Shown piece after piece: positions 19,608 to 29,669 of a stretch of 41,988 bases of DNA. Position numbers and translations under genes: made by a program. The DNA comes from a virus. Lineage: Duplodnaviria; Caudoviricetes. The DNA lies in IMG/VR virus record IMGVR_UViG_3300011335_000320, positions 1 to 41,988 of that record; one strand, given 5' to 3'. Each line of letters starts with the position of its first letter. The first letter of the stretch is position 1. The notes below the pieces were generated by a model. It did no database searches. It saw only the letters and a list, made by a program, of their open reading frames with translations, and was not told the origin of the DNA.

Positions 19608-22600
19608 ATGGCACTGTACAGAATTACTGCCCCTGATGGCCGCACGTATGAAGTTGAAGGCCCAGCGGGGGCAACTCAGCGCCAAGTAGAAGCTGAATTG
19701 CTTCGTCAAAATCCTATGGCGGGAAGAACCACCAAGGAATTAGAAGAAACAAAAAGCGCACCAAGCACCATTAAAGACATTGGCCTTGGTGGGTTGGGAG
19801 CATTAGCCGGTGGTGTACAGACACTTGCCAACATTGCTGGCGTAGATAACCCAGTCTCCAAAGGCTTGGGGTCTATACAACAGTACGCACAGGAAAACCT
19901 CAGCCCTGCTCGTCAGGAAGAGTTAGCCATTCAAAGTGAGCTTGAAAACCGTGCTCAAGGCACGGGCTTAGGCAATGAAGTGGGCACTGGCATACGTAGG
20001 TTCACACAGGCTCCTGTGCAAGGTACTATCAACGCCTTGCTAGGTAGCGCACCCATCATTGCTGCGGGTTTAATTCCCGGTGGTCAAGCTGCGGCAGGCG
20101 CAAGCCTTGGTGCGCGGCTGCTTGCGGGCGCACGTGGAGCCACTGGTATTGGCGGCCTTATGGGTGTTGGTGGTCAAAAAGGCCAAGACTATGAGGCAGT
20201 TAAACAGGCGTTACTAGACAAAGGTGTTGACCCAGCAATTGCCGAACAAAGAGCGCAAGAAGCCGCCGCCTATTCATTGCAAAATACTCCACGTCAACTT
20301 CTCGCGGGTGGTGCTGGTGCAATGGAGGGCATGTTTGGTGTTGAGCAAGCCTTGGCTAATGCTGCTAAGAAAGTTGGCGCAGCTAAAGGCGTATCATCGC
20401 TGGATGCTCCAACGTTTAAACGGGCTGTTGGAACTTCTGTGCTGGGTGAAGGCGTGCCCGAAGCAATTCAAGCGGGCGTTGGTCAAATTGGAACCAACGT
20501 AGCTTTAAACCAGTCAGGCATTAGCACTGACCTCACTGAAGGTTTGGCCGGTACGGTTGCACACGATGCATTGGTTGGCTCAGTCTTAGGCCTTGCTGTT
20601 TCTCCAGTGCAGATGTCTAATTTGCAACGTGAATACAAACAATCACAAGCCAATGAACAAGCTAAGAAACAGGCTGAAGCTGATGCAAAAGTACAAGCTG
20701 AGACACAAAAGGCAGAAGCCGAGCGTGCTGTTCTTCAGAAACAGACCGATGACATTCGCCAAAAAATGGAGCAACAGCAAGCTATTGCTTTGCCTGCGCC
20801 GTCTGAGGAAATGCCCGTTGAAGAAGTACAGGCCGATCCGCTCAAGAATCCTCTAGGAAACATTCGTAAGAACGAAGTACCCTTTGACATCTACAAACAG
20901 ATCGATGAATACCGCAAGCAAGCTGGCCTTCCCAAGCTCAAGGAGTACTCGATTGAGGACTTTGTGGATGCTATGCCGGGAACCAACCCTAAGGCAGAGC
21001 AAGGCCTGTTAGATGAACTCATTACAGCCAAGTCAGGCTATACCAATGAAAAGTACACCGCACAGGACATCCTAAACCAAGCCAAGCTAAAGAACGTAGA
21101 CACCACCACTAAAGGTTTTAAAGACTTCTTAGCCAGAACTACTGGTGCAAACGCACTGGAACAGATGTCCCAGCCGCAGCTACATGCTGCGTTTAAATCA
21201 TTAAACAGCCTGCCCGTATCGGAAGGTTTAAACATCCTGCCCGAAGGCACGAACGCACGCCGGTTTGATGAGAAGCAATACGATCGCGCCATCAAGGGCG
21301 TGGACATGTTGCTCAATGAGTTGGGCGCTCCTGTCGATCCTTTAGAGATCATCAAGACCATCAAGGAATACACGAACCTTACAGAAGACTCCCATGCCGG
21401 AGCTATTCTAGATACAGCCATTAAGAATGGTGACGTTGACCTGATCAAGACTCCTCGCTATGAGATCTATGATCCCAAGACTGGCGCTGTTATGCCGTCT
21501 ACCTACACATCTAGGACTGCTGCCCGCGCTGCGGCGGCCAAGCGTGGTTTAAACGTTAGGCAGATCACAACTGATGCCATTGCTGCGCCCTCCACCTCGG
21601 TGACGCTGCCCGAAGGATTTGACATCCGCGAAGGTGCGTTTAAAGAGGGTGAGGCTCCCGCAGGTTACGAACTGTATGCCGGTGACACGCTGCTTTCTAA
21701 AGTCAACACCGTAGACGAAGCCAACGCCAAGAAGGCAAGTTTTGAGCGCACTCGCGCCGGTGCAGCAATGCGTTTTGAAAATCAAATTAAACAGTTAAAC
21801 AATTCTATTGAAGCTGGTCAAAAGCGTTTAGACAGCAGTGAAGCTAAGGGCGAAGGCCAGTCAACCAACTTCCAAAAGGCGGCTGGCCGTCAAGCTAAAT
21901 TAGTTGCAGAAACGCAGGCAAAAATTGCCGCCCTAACAGAACAGATTCAAAAGCTTGACCCCAAGGTTACGCCTATCGAAGTTAAACCAACCGCCAATAA
22001 GGCCATTGGCCGTAAGGGCTACACGGTGTTTGAACAGGCTCAGGCAAGGGCTACCTACCCATCCCGTCGGGCTGCTGAAGAAAGCATCCTGTCCGAGATG
22101 TCTGACAAGCAATTGCAAGAGTTGGCTCAACAGCAAGGCCGTCGGGCTATCGGTAAGAAAGCTCAGGCTGAACTAGAACGCAGAACTCCCAAGGCTCCGA
22201 CTGCGGCTGAAGCTAAACGCTTTGCCGAGCAGAAGCCTGTCTCTGAAGTCTTGGAAGGTATTGAAACCGAAGCCAAAGCCCAGAAGGCTAAAGCTGAGGC
22301 GGCCAAGGAAACACCCGGCCTTAAAGAGAAGATGGCGGCTGTCGAGGCAGAACTTAAGCCTTTGCTAAAACAATTCGGACTTGGTGGTGTCAAACTCAAC
22401 TTTGTCGAGAAGATGGATCAAGAAGGCTCTTACAACGAGAGTCTGATTACCCTTGCTTTGTCAGAGAAAGAGCCAGTGCGCATTTTGCGTCATGAGTCTT
22501 TGCACGCCCTGAAGGATTTAAACTTCTTTACACCTCAGCAGTGGACTGCGCTTGAGCGCATGGCTAAGGATCAGTGGATTGACAAGTATCTAAAGAAGAA

Positions 22601-25600
22601 GGCTACCGAGTACAAGGGTCAGCCAATGTCTCGCTATGACGCTTATGTTGACCTCTACAACGGTGACATGGCTAAGGTTACCGAAGAAGCCATCGCTGAT
22701 GCGTTTGCTGACTTTGCCAATAACAAACCGCCAGCAGGAATGCTGGCTGCACTGCTCAAACGTTTAAACGACTTTTTTACTGCGCTGCGTAATGCTTTGA
22801 ACGGAGCTGGCTTCCAGACTGCTGAAGATGTATTTGGCAAGATTGAGCGTGGTGAGCTGGCGCAAAACCCAAGCTCATGGAAAGCTACGGCTGAAGTCAA
22901 AGATGATGCAACCAAGTACTCCATGGAGTTTGGCATTGATCCGTACACCTCCGAAGGCCAGATCAACGTGCCATTGGATGGCGATAACAAACGCTTCTCA
23001 ATTAAGCAACCCTATGACCAGAAGAAGCTGGACAAGGACGAAACATTAAAGAACGACCCAATTACAGGTCTGCCTTTAAACGCTAACGGCACAGTGACGT
23101 TGTACTACCCAACGACCAACGAGTTGGCTAGGGATCTTGCTGAAACCCGCAAGCTCAAGGGCCACTCGCCTACAGCCAACCGTATTTACCTGACCAACGA
23201 GTCTAGTTCTGCTGCGATCACCAACAAGCCCGGCATGATTGACCAGCCTGTAGGTGGTGCAAACGTATTGCTCCAAGTGGATCCATCTGTGATCCATTTG
23301 TTAGAAGAGCACTCAGATGGCCGAAAAGACTTCTTCATCCCAATCGCAGAAGGTAAGGCGTTTGAGAAGAAGATGGCTCAGACCAAGCTGTTTACACTCA
23401 ATGCGCCGCGTACCAAAGGCCTGCACCCTGACCGCACCTTGAAGCAAGTCACGACCGCAGTGAACGATGCAGCCACTAAGTGGGCTAACTCTTCTGCGGC
23501 AGATCGTCGCATCATGGCGCGTAATGCCAAAGATGTCCTCCGCGCAGAACACAACATTAGCCGCCTGTTTGGTGCTAACTCCAAGTTAGAGAAGACCAAC
23601 ATTGGCGAGTACGGCCTGACATACAACGGCAAGAAGGTCATGTCTACAGGACTTGGCTTTGCGTCTGCTCAGAAGATCAACGATGAGCAACGTGCTACTA
23701 CGTGCCCTCAGTCAGGCATCTGCGAGGACTTGTGCCTTGGAGAAACCTCCGGACAAAACTTGCTGTATGGTGGCGAAGGTCAGTGGCGCTCCGGCCCACG
23801 CCTATCTCAGTACTTAAAGACTGAGGCTCTAGTGGTAAACCCTGAGGCGTTTGCCATTGCAATGATTAAGCAGATTGAGTCATTCCGTAAGGCAGCACGA
23901 GATTTGGATTACCACCCTGCTATTCGTTTAAACGTTACCTCTGACTTTAATCCTGCTACGTTTGAGAACATCATCAACATGTTCCCTGACGTGACTTTCT
24001 ACGACTACACAAAACTTGATACCAAGCCAATAGCTCCTAACCATCACTTGACCTATAGCTCAACTGGTGCATCTCAGGTTGTTGGCAACAAGACAATCTT
24101 TAACAAGTTCTCTAACTGGGATCGCATGGTAGACAAGATTTTGCCTAGCGGTCGCAACGTGGCTATGGCTTTTACAAGCCGTTCAGCCATGCCTAAGTTT
24201 GTCAAAGATGAGCGCACTGGCAAGACGTTTGAAGTGTGGAACGGTGATGAGTACGATGCACGATTCCTTGATCCTGTTCATGAGAGCGGTGACGGCTGGA
24301 TCATTGGCCTGACCAATAAGGACAACACCACTAAGCCTGAGGATGCGGCGGCAAAGCATAACGGCTTCTTCCTTGACTACGACCCCCAGCGTGATGGCGA
24401 TACATTGGTTATCCCCAATCAGGAAAAGCTCAAGGCCGATCAAGGCCAGCCTGTTAAGTTTACCAAGCAGGCTCGCGCTAGTTTACGTGCTGCGCCAGAA
24501 ACGCCTGAGTTTAAACAGTGGTTTAGCGGCAGCAAGGTGGTAGATGAAGATGGTAAACCTCTTGTTGTTTATCATGGCTCACCAGATTTCAAAGGTAATG
24601 AATTTACCGGCAAGGTTGAGCGTAAGAACAGGGCGGGTAACGTAGGGGGTTATTACTTCACTCCATACGCAGACGAAGCATCTGACTATGCCGCAGACAG
24701 AAAGACCAGACAATACCAAGAAGGTTCACAAGTCCTTCCTGTGTATTTAAACATCAAACGGCCTTACATTGCTGGTGAAAGCCGTGTTACTCCCGCCATG
24801 AAGGATGCGTATCTCAAAGAGATGATTGCATCTAATCAGCACATGAGTGATGAGCGTGCGGCAGAATGGGCTAAAAATAAAGTCCCGTTCTTTACTGATG
24901 GCAGATTGCCTAGCGCTGATGCTTTAAACGGTGATGGCGCTGCCATGCAGCGGATCTTAAAGGCTGGTGGCTACGATGGCTTTAAAGACGGCAGACATTG
25001 GGTTGCTTTTGAATCCTCACAGATTAAATCTTCTATCGGCAACGTAGGTACATATGGAAGCGGCAACCCCGATATTCGTTACAGCCTACGTCAAGCCCCT
25101 GATACGCCTGAGTTCCAAGAATGGTTTGGTGACAGCAAGATTGTGGATGCAAAAGGTAAGCCATTAGTTGTTAGCCACATCTCCAAGGCCGAACCCACTG
25201 TCTTTGACAACAAGTACAAAACCGACTTGTCCAGCATGGGCTTTCATTTTGGAACCAAAGAACAGGCTCAATTTAGGGCTACTCAGTACGACTTTGAATC
25301 AAGTTCACCAACGATGGGCGACTACTACCTGTCGATCCAAAACCCGTTGGAAGTCAGTCACATGGCATCTTTTGCGCCAGACCATCTGGCAGATCAGATG
25401 ATGGATATGGACTTAATCACCGAGCAGAAGTACGAATCATTTAGAAACAAGTACCGCGACGAGCCAGATATTGGTGCGGCCCTTGTTAAGATTCTTCAAA
25501 AAGCCGGTTATGACGGGCTTGTTTACAGCAATGAAATGGAAGGCAAAGGCAATTCGTATGTGCCATTTGAGCCAACTCAAATAAAATCTGCTACAGACAA

Positions 25601-28193
25601 CACTGGCGCATACAGCAAGTACAACCCTGACGTTCGCTACAGCCTGCGTGATTCAACTGACCCGGCCATTGTTAAACGTGTAAACGAGACAACGACTACC
25701 CGCGAAGAGAAGGGTTATGCTGATCGCATTACTCAAGCTTTGAGCGGTGACTCATTCTCTGAACTGCGTGCTCAAGCCCTAAACCGCTACAACCGACTGT
25801 CCGATGTGGATAAGGCTGTTGTTAAGAAGCGTGGTGGCGCGGCCTTGATGGCTGATGAAAGCGCAGAAGCTGGAGCCTTGCAGTCTGACTTGGCCGCAGG
25901 CGTTACCGCATCTGTGTTGGGCGTGCATGACCGCAACGGCGGTATCCCTATCTACGTCAATGGCGTGACCAAAGCCTTCAACGACAAGGGCAAGATCAAA
26001 GGCCCGGTGGCTATCTTTGCACCGTTGTCAAAATACAACGATCCTTATATCTACCAGCTCTATCAGTTCTGGGGAGGCGTTAAGCGTGGTTCTCGTTTAA
26101 ACGCAGAAGGCAGGCCAGACATCTTTACCGAGGATGACGTTAAAAGAGCGGCAGCTTTGGAAAAGCAATACCCTGAATTTGTTCAAATCCAAAAAGAATG
26201 GACAACGTTTAACAATGGATTGATGCAGTACCTAGTGGACACAGGCGTATTGTCTGAAGGCGATCGCGCTAAGTTCACTGAGCATTCTGACTACATCCCG
26301 TTCTATCGTCAGATGGAAGGCGAGAAGACTATTGGCCCCAACATCTTCCAGTCCATCTCTGGTGTCAAGAAGCCTAAGAAGCTTAAGAAGGGCGAAGACA
26401 AAGCACCGCTGGCTGACTTCCTAGAAACCGTTGTGCGCAACACGCAGTCTTCTATTCAAATGGGTATGAAGAACGTGGCGGCGCAACGTGCCATTGACCG
26501 AGCCATGGAAATTGAGATGGCCGAGCGTTTACGCCCCAATGCTCCCACGGGATTGGACACTGTGCAGGTACTAGAAAAAGGTCAGGTCGTTACCTATCAG
26601 GTGGCTGATCACCTGTTCATTAACGCTGTTAAGAGTTTAAACATGCCTGACCTGCCGTTTATTGGCATTTTGTCCGGCCCAGCTAACCTTTTGCGGAACA
26701 TGGTGACCAAGGATCCCGGCTTCATGTTGGCTAACATGGTTCGAGATTCAATGGCGGCATACGTAACTAGCGGAGTTAAGATGACTCCGATGGTTGACAC
26801 AGTCAGTAACTTTGGCAAGGCCATGGCCGGTACGTCACCAGAGTTTGAAGCGCTTTTAAACGCTGGTATTGGTGGCGGATACGAGTTCTCTCAGAACATT
26901 GAGACAAGCGCTAAGGCGTTTGAAAAAGAACTGAAGAAGAAATACGAGGGCAAGTCTTTATTCCAACGTATTCTTAATCCCATGAGCGCACCCACAGCTT
27001 TGTGGGAAGCTTTAGAAAAAGGTACAACTGCGTCTGATATGGCGACAAGGATGGAGGTGTATAAACGCACCCTAGCCGAAACCAAGAACGAGGCAGAAGC
27101 TCTGCACCGTGCGCTTGAGGTGATGAACTTTAACCGCAAGGGTAGCTCTCCTGTTATCCGTGTACTGACAGCGGCCATCCCATTCTTAAACGCCCGTATG
27201 CAGGGTCTGGATGTGCTGTATAGAGCGTCGTTTGGCGAGATGAATAACAAAGATGCCGCCATGATTCAGAAACGTTTCATTGTCCGTGGCCTGACTATGG
27301 CCGCTCTATCAGCCATGTACTGGACTTTGACTCATGATGATGAAGAATACAAGAAGCAAGAACAGGAAACCAAGGACAACAACTGGCTGATCCCATCCTT
27401 GGGCATCAAAATCCCAATCCCGTTTGAGATTGGTGTGATCTTCAAAGTCATACCTGAGCGGATCATGGCTCTAACGCTAGGCCAAGATACAAACAAAGAC
27501 TTCATGGACTCCATGGCTAGGAATCTGCGTTCAACACTGGCGATTGACTACTTACCGCAAGCCATCAAGCCTTTCGTGGAGACAGAGACTAACTTCTCCC
27601 TGTTTACACGCAGACCTATTGTTGGCCAAGGCTTAGAAGGAGTTGCCCCGGAGTTCCAAGTCGGCCCCGGAACTTCATCCGTTGCCGCCGCTTTGGGTTC
27701 TAACTTGGGCATGTCGCCCATGAAGATTGACCATTTGATCAATGGCTACACGGGCACGATGGGTATGTACATGGTCAGCGCCTTGGATGGCATCATGAAC
27801 ATGAATGCCGAGAACCCCAATGCGTCTAAACGCTTTGAGCAGTTGCCATTCATCAAACGATTTGCGTTGGATCCAGAGGCCAGAGGTACGGTCACTGGCT
27901 ACTACGATCTAAAGAACGCCACAGATGAGGTGGTCAGAACCTCTAGCTTGCTTGAGCGCACGATGAACTTTCAAGAGCGTGGCAAGTTCATGCAAGAGAA
28001 CATTAAGTTGCTTGCCAACAAGGACTACATCCTTGACCTAGAGAAGACCATGAAAGAGTTCCGTCAGGCTCAGGTCATGATCCGTAGCTCTAAGATGGAT
28101 GCCGATGCCAAACGGGATGCTCTCCTGAGAATCAATCAAGCTCAGAACGCCATCACCGCTAACATCAACATCCTTAGAGCTAACATAATGTAA
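19608..28193 (+). CDS. Large polyvalent (injected) protein, 2,861 aa: zincin-like HExxH domain, Gp88-like Cys-cluster domain, two ART-PolyVal-like domains, LPD38-like C-terminus
   Basis: HESLH at 22491-22505; CPQSGICEDLC, IRLNVTSD and FYDYTK; two copies of TPEFxxWFxxSKxVDxxGKPLVVxH...GYDG...QIKS; IPFLNARMQG and IPIPFEIG. Confidence 0.75.
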   Translation: MALYRITAPDGRTYEVEGPAGATQRQVEAELLRQNPMAGRTTKELEETKSAPSTIKDIGLGGLGALAGGVQTLANIAGVDNPVSKGLGSIQQYAQENLSPARQEELAIQSELENRAQGTGLGNEVGTGIRRFTQAPVQGTINALLGSAPIIAAGLIPGGQAAAGASLGARLLAGARGATGIGGLMGVGGQKGQDYEAVKQALLDKGVDPAIAEQRAQEAAAYSLQNTPRQLLAGGAGAMEGMFGVEQALANAAKKVGAAKGVSSLDAPTFKRAVGTSVLGEGVPEAIQAGVGQIGTNVALNQSGISTDLTEGLAGTVAHDALVGSVLGLAVSPVQMSNLQREYKQSQANEQAKKQAEADAKVQAETQKAEAERAVLQKQTDDIRQKMEQQQAIALPAPSEEMPVEEVQADPLKNPLGNIRKNEVPFDIYKQIDEYRKQAGLPKLKEYSIEDFVDAMPGTNPKAEQGLLDELITAKSGYTNEKYTAQDILNQAKLKNVDTTTKGFKDFLARTTGANALEQMSQPQLHAAFKSLNSLPVSEGLNILPEGTNARRFDEKQYDRAIKGVDMLLNELGAPVDPLEIIKTIKEYTNLTEDSHAGAILDTAIKNGDVDLIKTPRYEIYDPKTGAVMPSTYTSRTAARAAAAKRGLNVRQITTDAIAAPSTSVTLPEGFDIREGAFKEGEAPAGYELYAGDTLLSKVNTVDEANAKKASFERTRAGAAMRFENQIKQLNNSIEAGQKRLDSSEAKGEGQSTNFQKAAGRQAKLVAETQAKIAALTEQIQKLDPKVTPIEVKPTANKAIGRKGYTVFEQAQARATYPSRRAAEESILSEMSDKQLQELAQQQGRRAIGKKAQAELERRTPKAPTAAEAKRFAEQKPVSEVLEGIETEAKAQKAKAEAAKETPGLKEKMAAVEAELKPLLKQFGLGGVKLNFVEKMDQEGSYNESLITLALSEKEPVRILRHESLHALKDLNFFTPQQWTALERMAKDQWIDKYLKKKATEYKGQPMSRYDAYVDLYNGDMAKVTEEAIADAFADFANNKPPAGMLAALLKRLNDFFTALRNALNGAGFQTAEDVFGKIERGELAQNPSSWKATAEVKDDATKYSMEFGIDPYTSEGQINVPLDGDNKRFSIKQPYDQKKLDKDETLKNDPITGLPLNANGTVTLYYPTTNELARDLAETRKLKGHSPTANRIYLTNESSSAAITNKPGMIDQPVGGANVLLQVDPSVIHLLEEHSDGRKDFFIPIAEGKAFEKKMAQTKLFTLNAPRTKGLHPDRTLKQVTTAVNDAATKWANSSAADRRIMARNAKDVLRAEHNISRLFGANSKLEKTNIGEYGLTYNGKKVMSTGLGFASAQKINDEQRATTCPQSGICEDLCLGETSGQNLLYGGEGQWRSGPRLSQYLKTEALVVNPEAFAIAMIKQIESFRKAARDLDYHPAIRLNVTSDFNPATFENIINMFPDVTFYDYTKLDTKPIAPNHHLTYSSTGASQVVGNKTIFNKFSNWDRMVDKILPSGRNVAMAFTSRSAMPKFVKDERTGKTFEVWNGDEYDARFLDPVHESGDGWIIGLTNKDNTTKPEDAAAKHNGFFLDYDPQRDGDTLVIPNQEKLKADQGQPVKFTKQARASLRAAPETPEFKQWFSGSKVVDEDGKPLVVYHGSPDFKGNEFTGKVERKNRAGNVGGYYFTPYADEASDYAADRKTRQYQEGSQVLPVYLNIKRPYIAGESRVTPAMKDAYLKEMIASNQHMSDERAAEWAKNKVPFFTDGRLPSADALNGDGAAMQRILKAGGYDGFKDGRHWVAFESSQIKSSIGNVGTYGSGNPDIRYSLRQAPDTPEFQEWFGDSKIVDAKGKPLVVSHISKAEPTVFDNKYKTDLSSMGFHFGTKEQAQFRATQYDFESSSPTMGDYYLSIQNPLEVSHMASFAPDHLADQMMDMDLITEQKYESFRNKYRDEPDIGAALVKILQKAGYDGLVYSNEMEGKGNSYVPFEPTQIKSATDNTGAYSKYNPDVRYSLRDSTDPAIVKRVNETTTTREEKGYADRITQALSGDSFSELRAQALNRYNRLSDVDKAVVKKRGGAALMADESAEAGALQSDLAAGVTASVLGVHDRNGGIPIYVNGVTKAFNDKGKIKGPVAIFAPLSKYNDPYIYQLYQFWGGVKRGSRLNAEGRPDIFTEDDVKRAAALEKQYPEFVQIQKEWTTFNNGLMQYLVDTGVLSEGDRAKFTEHSDYIPFYRQMEGEKTIGPNIFQSISGVKKPKKLKKGEDKAPLADFLETVVRNTQSSIQMGMKNVAAQRAIDRAMEIEMAERLRPNAPTGLDTVQVLEKGQVVTYQVADHLFINAVKSLNMPDLPFIGILSGPANLLRNMVTKDPGFMLANMVRDSMAAYVTSGVKMTPMVDTVSNFGKAMAGTSPEFEALLNAGIGGGYEFSQNIETSAKAFEKELKKKYEGKSLFQRILNPMSAPTALWEALEKGTTASDMATRMEVYKRTLAETKNEAEALHRALEVMNFNRKGSSPVIRVLTAAIPFLNARMQGLDVLYRASFGEMNNKDAAMIQKRFIVRGLTMAALSAMYWTLTHDDEEYKKQEQETKDNNWLIPSLGIKIPIPFEIGVIFKVIPERIMALTLGQDTNKDFMDSMARNLRSTLAIDYLPQAIKPFVETETNFSLFTRRPIVGQGLEGVAPEFQVGPGTSSVAAALGSNLGMSPMKIDHLINGYTGTMGMYMVSALDGIMNMNAENPNASKRFEQLPFIKRFALDPEARGTVTGYYDLKNATDEVVRTSSLLERTMNFQERGKFMQENIKLLANKDYILDLEKTMKEFRQAQVMIRSSKMDADAKRDALLRINQAQNAITANINILRANIM

Positions 28194-28467
28194 GGTGACC
28201 CCGCTCAAATAACCATCCAATGGTTTTTCGGTGGGCTTCATCCCATTTCTCAAACTTCTCTTGTTTGCTTAGGGTTTTCCCTTGGTCTATATCTGCGTGG
28301 CATGTATAGCACAAGGCGGCAATCCGGTAGTCATGGGCTTTGATGCCCATTCCTTTTCCGTCGCGTTGTTGGTTAGAGTGTGCGGCTACCACCGTGCCAT
28401 CCTGTGCCCCACAGATCTGACAGGGTGATTCCCGCACTAGGTCAAGCAGTTGCCTATTACGGTACAT
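28180..28467 (-). CDS. Zn-binding HNH-like nuclease family protein (DUF1364/DUF968-like)
   Basis: PCQICG...VVAAH...GKGMGIK...ALCYTCH pattern. Confidence 0.65.
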   Translation of the reverse strand: MYRNRQLLDLVRESPCQICGAQDGTVVAAHSNQQRDGKGMGIKAHDYRIAALCYTCHADIDQGKTLSKQEKFEKWDEAHRKTIGWLFERGHLTLC

Positions 28468-28666
28468 CTTGCTTGCTTATAAAGTCAATGTAAACAGCAA
28501 TCTCTTTACCGGTGTAGTCAATGTTTCCGTAGCTGCGGAATCTCTCAGCCAGTCGTTTAAACACAGCCTGCTGGGCTGCCTGCCAAACTTCGTAGCTCCA
28601 TCCGCCGTCGTCTTCAAACGCCTTGCTGCCGACGAAATCGCAGTACTCCTGTTTACACTCATTCAT
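28457..28666 (-). CDS. Hypothetical protein
   Basis: Overlap-coupled ORF in the leftward operon. Confidence 0.6.
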   Translation of the reverse strand: MNECKQEYCDFVGSKAFEDDGGWSYEVWQAAQQAVFKRLAERFRSYGNIDYTGKEIAVYIDFISKQDVP

Positions 28667-28893
28667 AGCAAGGCCTGAAACTCTGCAAGCTTCTGCGCGT
28701 AGTGACGGGCTTTATCGCTATCGTGAGAACCTTCCTTGTGCCCTTGTCGCATTGCATATTTAATAATGTTGCCCTTAAGGAATCCTACAAACTCCTCAGG
28801 CGTGAGTACTGCTTCCATCACAGACCATGGTTGCATCTCCATGTCTTTGTAATGGCGGCCATCTATTTGGTAATCATCAGCTCTTTGAATCAT
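28663..28893 (-). CDS. DUF3310-family protein (T7 gp1.7-like putative nucleotide kinase)
   Basis: QIDGRHY...GFLKGNIIKYAMR.GHK...D..KARHY motif. Confidence 0.75.
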   Translation of the reverse strand: MIQRADDYQIDGRHYKDMEMQPWSVMEAVLTPEEFVGFLKGNIIKYAMRQGHKEGSHDSDKARHYAQKLAEFQALL

Positions 28894-29062
28894 TTTGTTC
28901 CTTCAGTTTTAACATGTAGTACGTAGTCGGAAACTTCGCTTTCTTCTTGACCAAAGTGCGGAGCCAGTCAGCCCCGCCAAGATCTAGAAACATCAGCCAC
29001 TCAAGATCAGACATTCTGACCTGACGGCCTATTAAAGGCATAGGTGGTTTAGGTCTAGGCAT
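28877..29062 (-). CDS. Small putative DNA-binding protein
   Basis: MPRPK...QVRMS...LGGADWLR, a ribbon-helix-helix-like pattern. Confidence 0.5.
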   Translation of the reverse strand: MPRPKPPMPLIGRQVRMSDLEWLMFLDLGGADWLRTLVKKKAKFPTTYYMLKLKEQNDSKS

Positions 29063-29240
29063 TCTTTGGCCTTCGCGTTGCTTTGTTAGCCCAGCAAGAA
29101 GCGCAGTACCATCTGTTTAAACTCAGCTGGATACCGCCTTCCGGGGGTTTGTCCTGCTGGCATTTGCCACATTGTTTAAACTGATGTGTGTTGGGCTGCA
29201 TCCCATTTAAAGCTAACTGTTGCTTCACAAACCCATTCAT
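29055..29240 (-). CDS. Small zinc-finger protein
   Basis: CGKC...CASC. Confidence 0.6.
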   Translation of the reverse strand: MNGFVKQQLALNGMQPNTHQFKQCGKCQQDKPPEGGIQLSLNRWYCASCWANKATRRPKNA

Positions 29241-29434
29241 TTCTTCATGCTCCTTACATAGGCGGCAAAGCTTGCCGTGGTGTTGCCACCGTTTTTCATT
29301 GCATCAAACTCCTTGGCAACTTCCTCAAGCACTTGGTTGCGAATGTTGGTGTAGTCACGAGCAAGGTTTGCTTCAACCATCTGACGCTTTCGCCAGCTCA
29401 TTGCCTTTTCCCAACCGCTAAGTTGTTTAATCAT
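29237..29434 (-). CDS. Hypothetical protein
   Basis: Start moved to ATG 29434 (MIKQLSGWEK); contains an RNQVLEEVA motif. Confidence 0.6.
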   Translation of the reverse strand: MIKQLSGWEKAMSWRKRQMVEANLARDYTNIRNQVLEEVAKEFDAMKNGGNTTASFAAYVRSMKK

Positions 29435-29436
29435 TT

Positions 29437-29520
29437 TTATCCCAATAGTTTTAAAAAAGTCCAACCCCAAAACATAGCAACCGTCACAATTAAAAATACC
29501 CATACTTCACGGTTGCTCAT
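29437..29520 (-). CDS. 27-aa membrane peptide
   Basis: Hand-translated as MSNREVWVFLIVTVAMFWGWTFLKLLG; ATGA-coupled to the upstream gene. Confidence 0.45.
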   Translation of the reverse strand: MSNREVWVFLIVTVAMFWGWTFLKLLG

Positions 29521-29669
29521 GGCTTATCCTTCAGTAGTGCCTCAAGATTATCTAACGCCTTGTCCCAACGGTCATAGTCCAACTCGTTGGTAAAAGCTTT
29601 TACCAAAGCTTGTGCAGATTTTTCTACACGCTCAAGGTACTCCATCCGTTTTTTTTCTTCGTCTGTCAT
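29517..29669 (-). CDS. 50-aa hypothetical protein
   Basis: Hand-translated as MTDEEKKRMEYLERVEKSAQ...; GGAGG Shine-Dalgarno and ATGA overlaps at both ends. Confidence 0.55.
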   Translation of the reverse strand: MTDEEKKRMEYLERVEKSAQALVKAFTNELDYDRWDKALDNLEALLKDKP

